Shown here: piece after piece, positions 61,401-64,000 of the stretch | How positions within the stretch are numbered: the stretch's first letter is position 1 | How the letters are laid out: each line of letters begins with the position of its first letter | Assembly (NCBI GenBank): GCA_022605425.2 | Contig: CM061248.1 | Location: 1,178,001 to 1,242,000, forward strand | Direction of reading: 5' to 3' | DNA: 64,000 bases | DNA from: Hamiltosporidium tvaerminnensis FI-OER-3-3 | Lineage: Eukaryota > Fungi > Microsporidia | Notes under the pieces: model-generated | The model's input: only the letters and a program-made list of their open reading frames with translations | Told to the model about the DNA's origin: nothing | The model's database searches: none | Made by a program: the position numbers and the translations under genes

Positions 61401-61849
61401 ATGAATACCTTATTAAATAAAAATGATTTAAAAAATGCTCTGCTCTTATTCAGTGCGAAAAGATATAATGGTTAAGATTTTGGAAATTTCTACAGTAAAT
61501 GCCGATCTAATTCAGAATATTTCATGGTTTATTCTACGAATAGGAATGATTTGCGTTGGCTGGAAATCTATTTTTCGAAAATTATGTCTCACAAACCCCA
61601 AGAAATCAACAAAGCCCTAATTCACGTTTAGATTGTGTGCCATACATATTGAAACAAACAATTATATAGCAAATTCAAATAAACTGTATTAGAGAGGTGA
61701 GATATGCTTAATTTTGCTTTTATGCAGATTAAACCCAAATAGTTACCAAAAAGCAGAATAAACCGTAAATTTTTAATTGAAACACCCAAGACTTATAATC
61801 TATTTATAATTCCAAACAGCAAAATTTTAATTAAATATATAAAAGCCTT

Positions 61850-64000
61850 AAATTACCCTAAAACAATATACTTGTTTTAAATGTTTCTTTTATAAAATAA
61901 TTGTTTTTTTTTAATAAATAATCATTTCGTTCATAATATTTCAGTTCAATATATAATTCAATGATAAACAAAAATTTTAACATGATGTAAATCATTCATT
62001 GTATATTACACCTCCAAAATATGATTTTTTCAATTTTCTTTAAATTTGCAATAAATATTAAATCTTTTTCAGATATATTTAATTCAACAATCTCCAATCT
62101 TTTTATTTGATATTCCTGTAAAACACAAAACAACACCTGAAAAAAAGTATTTTCACAATTAATTCTAAAAATAATTACTTCTTTTAGATTCAATAAATTA
62201 CTAAATGCTTTTACAGTTGAACTATCGATAGCAAACTCGACAAAATAAAGTTTCTTTATACTGGTCAGATAATAGTTGCGAAATAAGATTTTAAAAGAGT
62301 TTGAAGGTAATTTGTACCTAACATATCTATATTGAGGGTTGTAAAATCATATTTTTTCTTATTTGCTAAAATTTTTAATGAATCAATCATTTCATTTATA
62401 TCCCAAAGATATAATTCTATATTATAAAAACTTTGATTTACAAAACTTTTTAACTTCAAAGAATTGTATTTTAGAAACTAAATTTTCTTGAATATCTATT
62501 GTCATATCTATTAACATAAATATGGTAAAAATACTTATGCAGATATTTGACGAGAATCTAAAATATTTAATCAATTCGTTTCTAATACAGTTTCCCTTTT
62601 AATATATATATTTGAAAAAATTATTTCCAAGCTTTCTAGCCCGTTTAATATTTAAAATATCTCTTAGAAATCAGATTTTATTTCTGAAAATGAAATTTCA
62701 ATACACTTTATATTTTCTTCTAAATTGTTTTTCGGGCTATAAAAAACTGTTTCTCATTTAATTTTTCTAAAGTAATTGAAATATTATTAAAAACCCTTTG
62801 TACATATAAAAACACTTGACTTGAAGATTATTATTCTTCCTTGAAAATATTCGATGATTCTAAATTTATCTTTAAAGTTATTTTCATTAATTAACTTTAA
62901 ATAGAAATATTCATTTCTTTTTGTGTGTTTTTAATTTTTCTTGATAGATTTTTCGATAGAACATTGTTGATATGTATGCTCCAGCTTTTTATTATGTTAT
63001 CAAATATATTCAAATTCCCTTCTTTTATTTCATGAACTTCATATCTTTCATAGTTATTGTTTTCATAAAACATAAATTCCTATATTTACTTAAATTCTTT
63101 GTAAAGGTGAAAATTGTATCTATTTCAGATTTTATAAAAACAATCTTTTTTAAATTTAAGAAATTTAAATTTGCATTTAGAGAACAATTGACGGCATTAA
63201 ATATGTAACACTTAAAGAATACAATCTCATCAATCTTTTTTTTATATTTTCCAAAATAAAATAAAAACTCTTCGAATTCATTTTGTCTATATTATGAATG
63301 TGTAAATACGTTAGATGTAATGTATTTTTAAACAATATAAATAAACTTCGGCTTTTTTGATGCACAGAAAAATTTTTTTAAAAAAATATGTCGTGTTTAG
63401 CATTTATTACTAACGTATGTTTTTTATCTTCCGTAAATAACCCTTTATGTTTATCAGAAATATAATATCATGTTCTTTTGAAAAAAACAAAAAATTGGAA
63501 TTTTTTTCGATAATCACTAGTTCGAAATATCCTTGTGATATTTTTTTAAATAAATCATGTGAAAAATAATCTTGCTTTGAAAAATGAAGCAAAACCTTTT
63601 CAATATCGAAATTTATCATTTCATTTGATTCCATTAAAGAACACCAAATATTTTTTACCGCATTCCTCAATTTATTATCATATTTGACTCTAAAATATTC
63701 TAAAAAATACAATATTCTTTAAAACTTTTCAATTGTCATTTTATGTACCGGTAAATAATATGAAATTATAAACTCATAGAATATTATAACATCAGACTTC
63801 TTTATGTGATGACAGAGATATATTTCTATATTATTGTTCATATTGTTAAACTTTTCGAATATATCAAACTTAAGACCAATTCTCTCAATAAATTCTATAT
63901 AATACTGTTCATATTCCTATTTTCATTTAAAATGAACATTTTTTGTAAAAAGTTTTTTTCGTCCTTTTCAATCATATCATATCTTTTGATTTGACATAGA
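61850..64000 (-). pseudogene. Signal-peptide/LRR-like family member 3, heavily frameshifted, runs off the window
   Basis: YFLEYFRVKYDNKLRNAVKNIW and ISEKDLIFIANLKKI match members 1 and 2. Confidence 0.8.

Overview
A very AT-rich eukaryotic window with no obvious introns. It is most consistent with a large-genome microsporidian (Hamiltosporidium-like; inferred from divergent fungal-type housekeeping genes, CCC motifs just upstream of ATGs and the TE content). Host genes: Kin1-type kinase, a secreted CAP-domain low-complexity protein, a UBC-like protein, a split Sfp1-like zinc-finger gene, Uba1 with large repeat insertions, casein kinase 1, Sly1, and three paralogous signal-peptide/LRR-like genes. 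About half the window is mobile DNA, often nested with recoverable TSDs: R4/Dong-like RLE non-LTR retrotransposons (2 full-length plus fragments), an RTE-like LINE and a short bipartite derivative, a Tc1/IS630-like element, a piggyBac and a Ginger-like integrase transposon. The most unusual signal is a dispersed, non-coding ~720-900 nt element (4 long copies plus fragments). It has TSDs, C(UUCG)G and GAAA tetraloops and compensatory base changes between copies, so it looks like a mobile, selectively structured large RNA that I cannot assign to a known family. A second notable signal is that both full-length R4-like elements start 0-2 nt before their ATG, with no 5' UTR.
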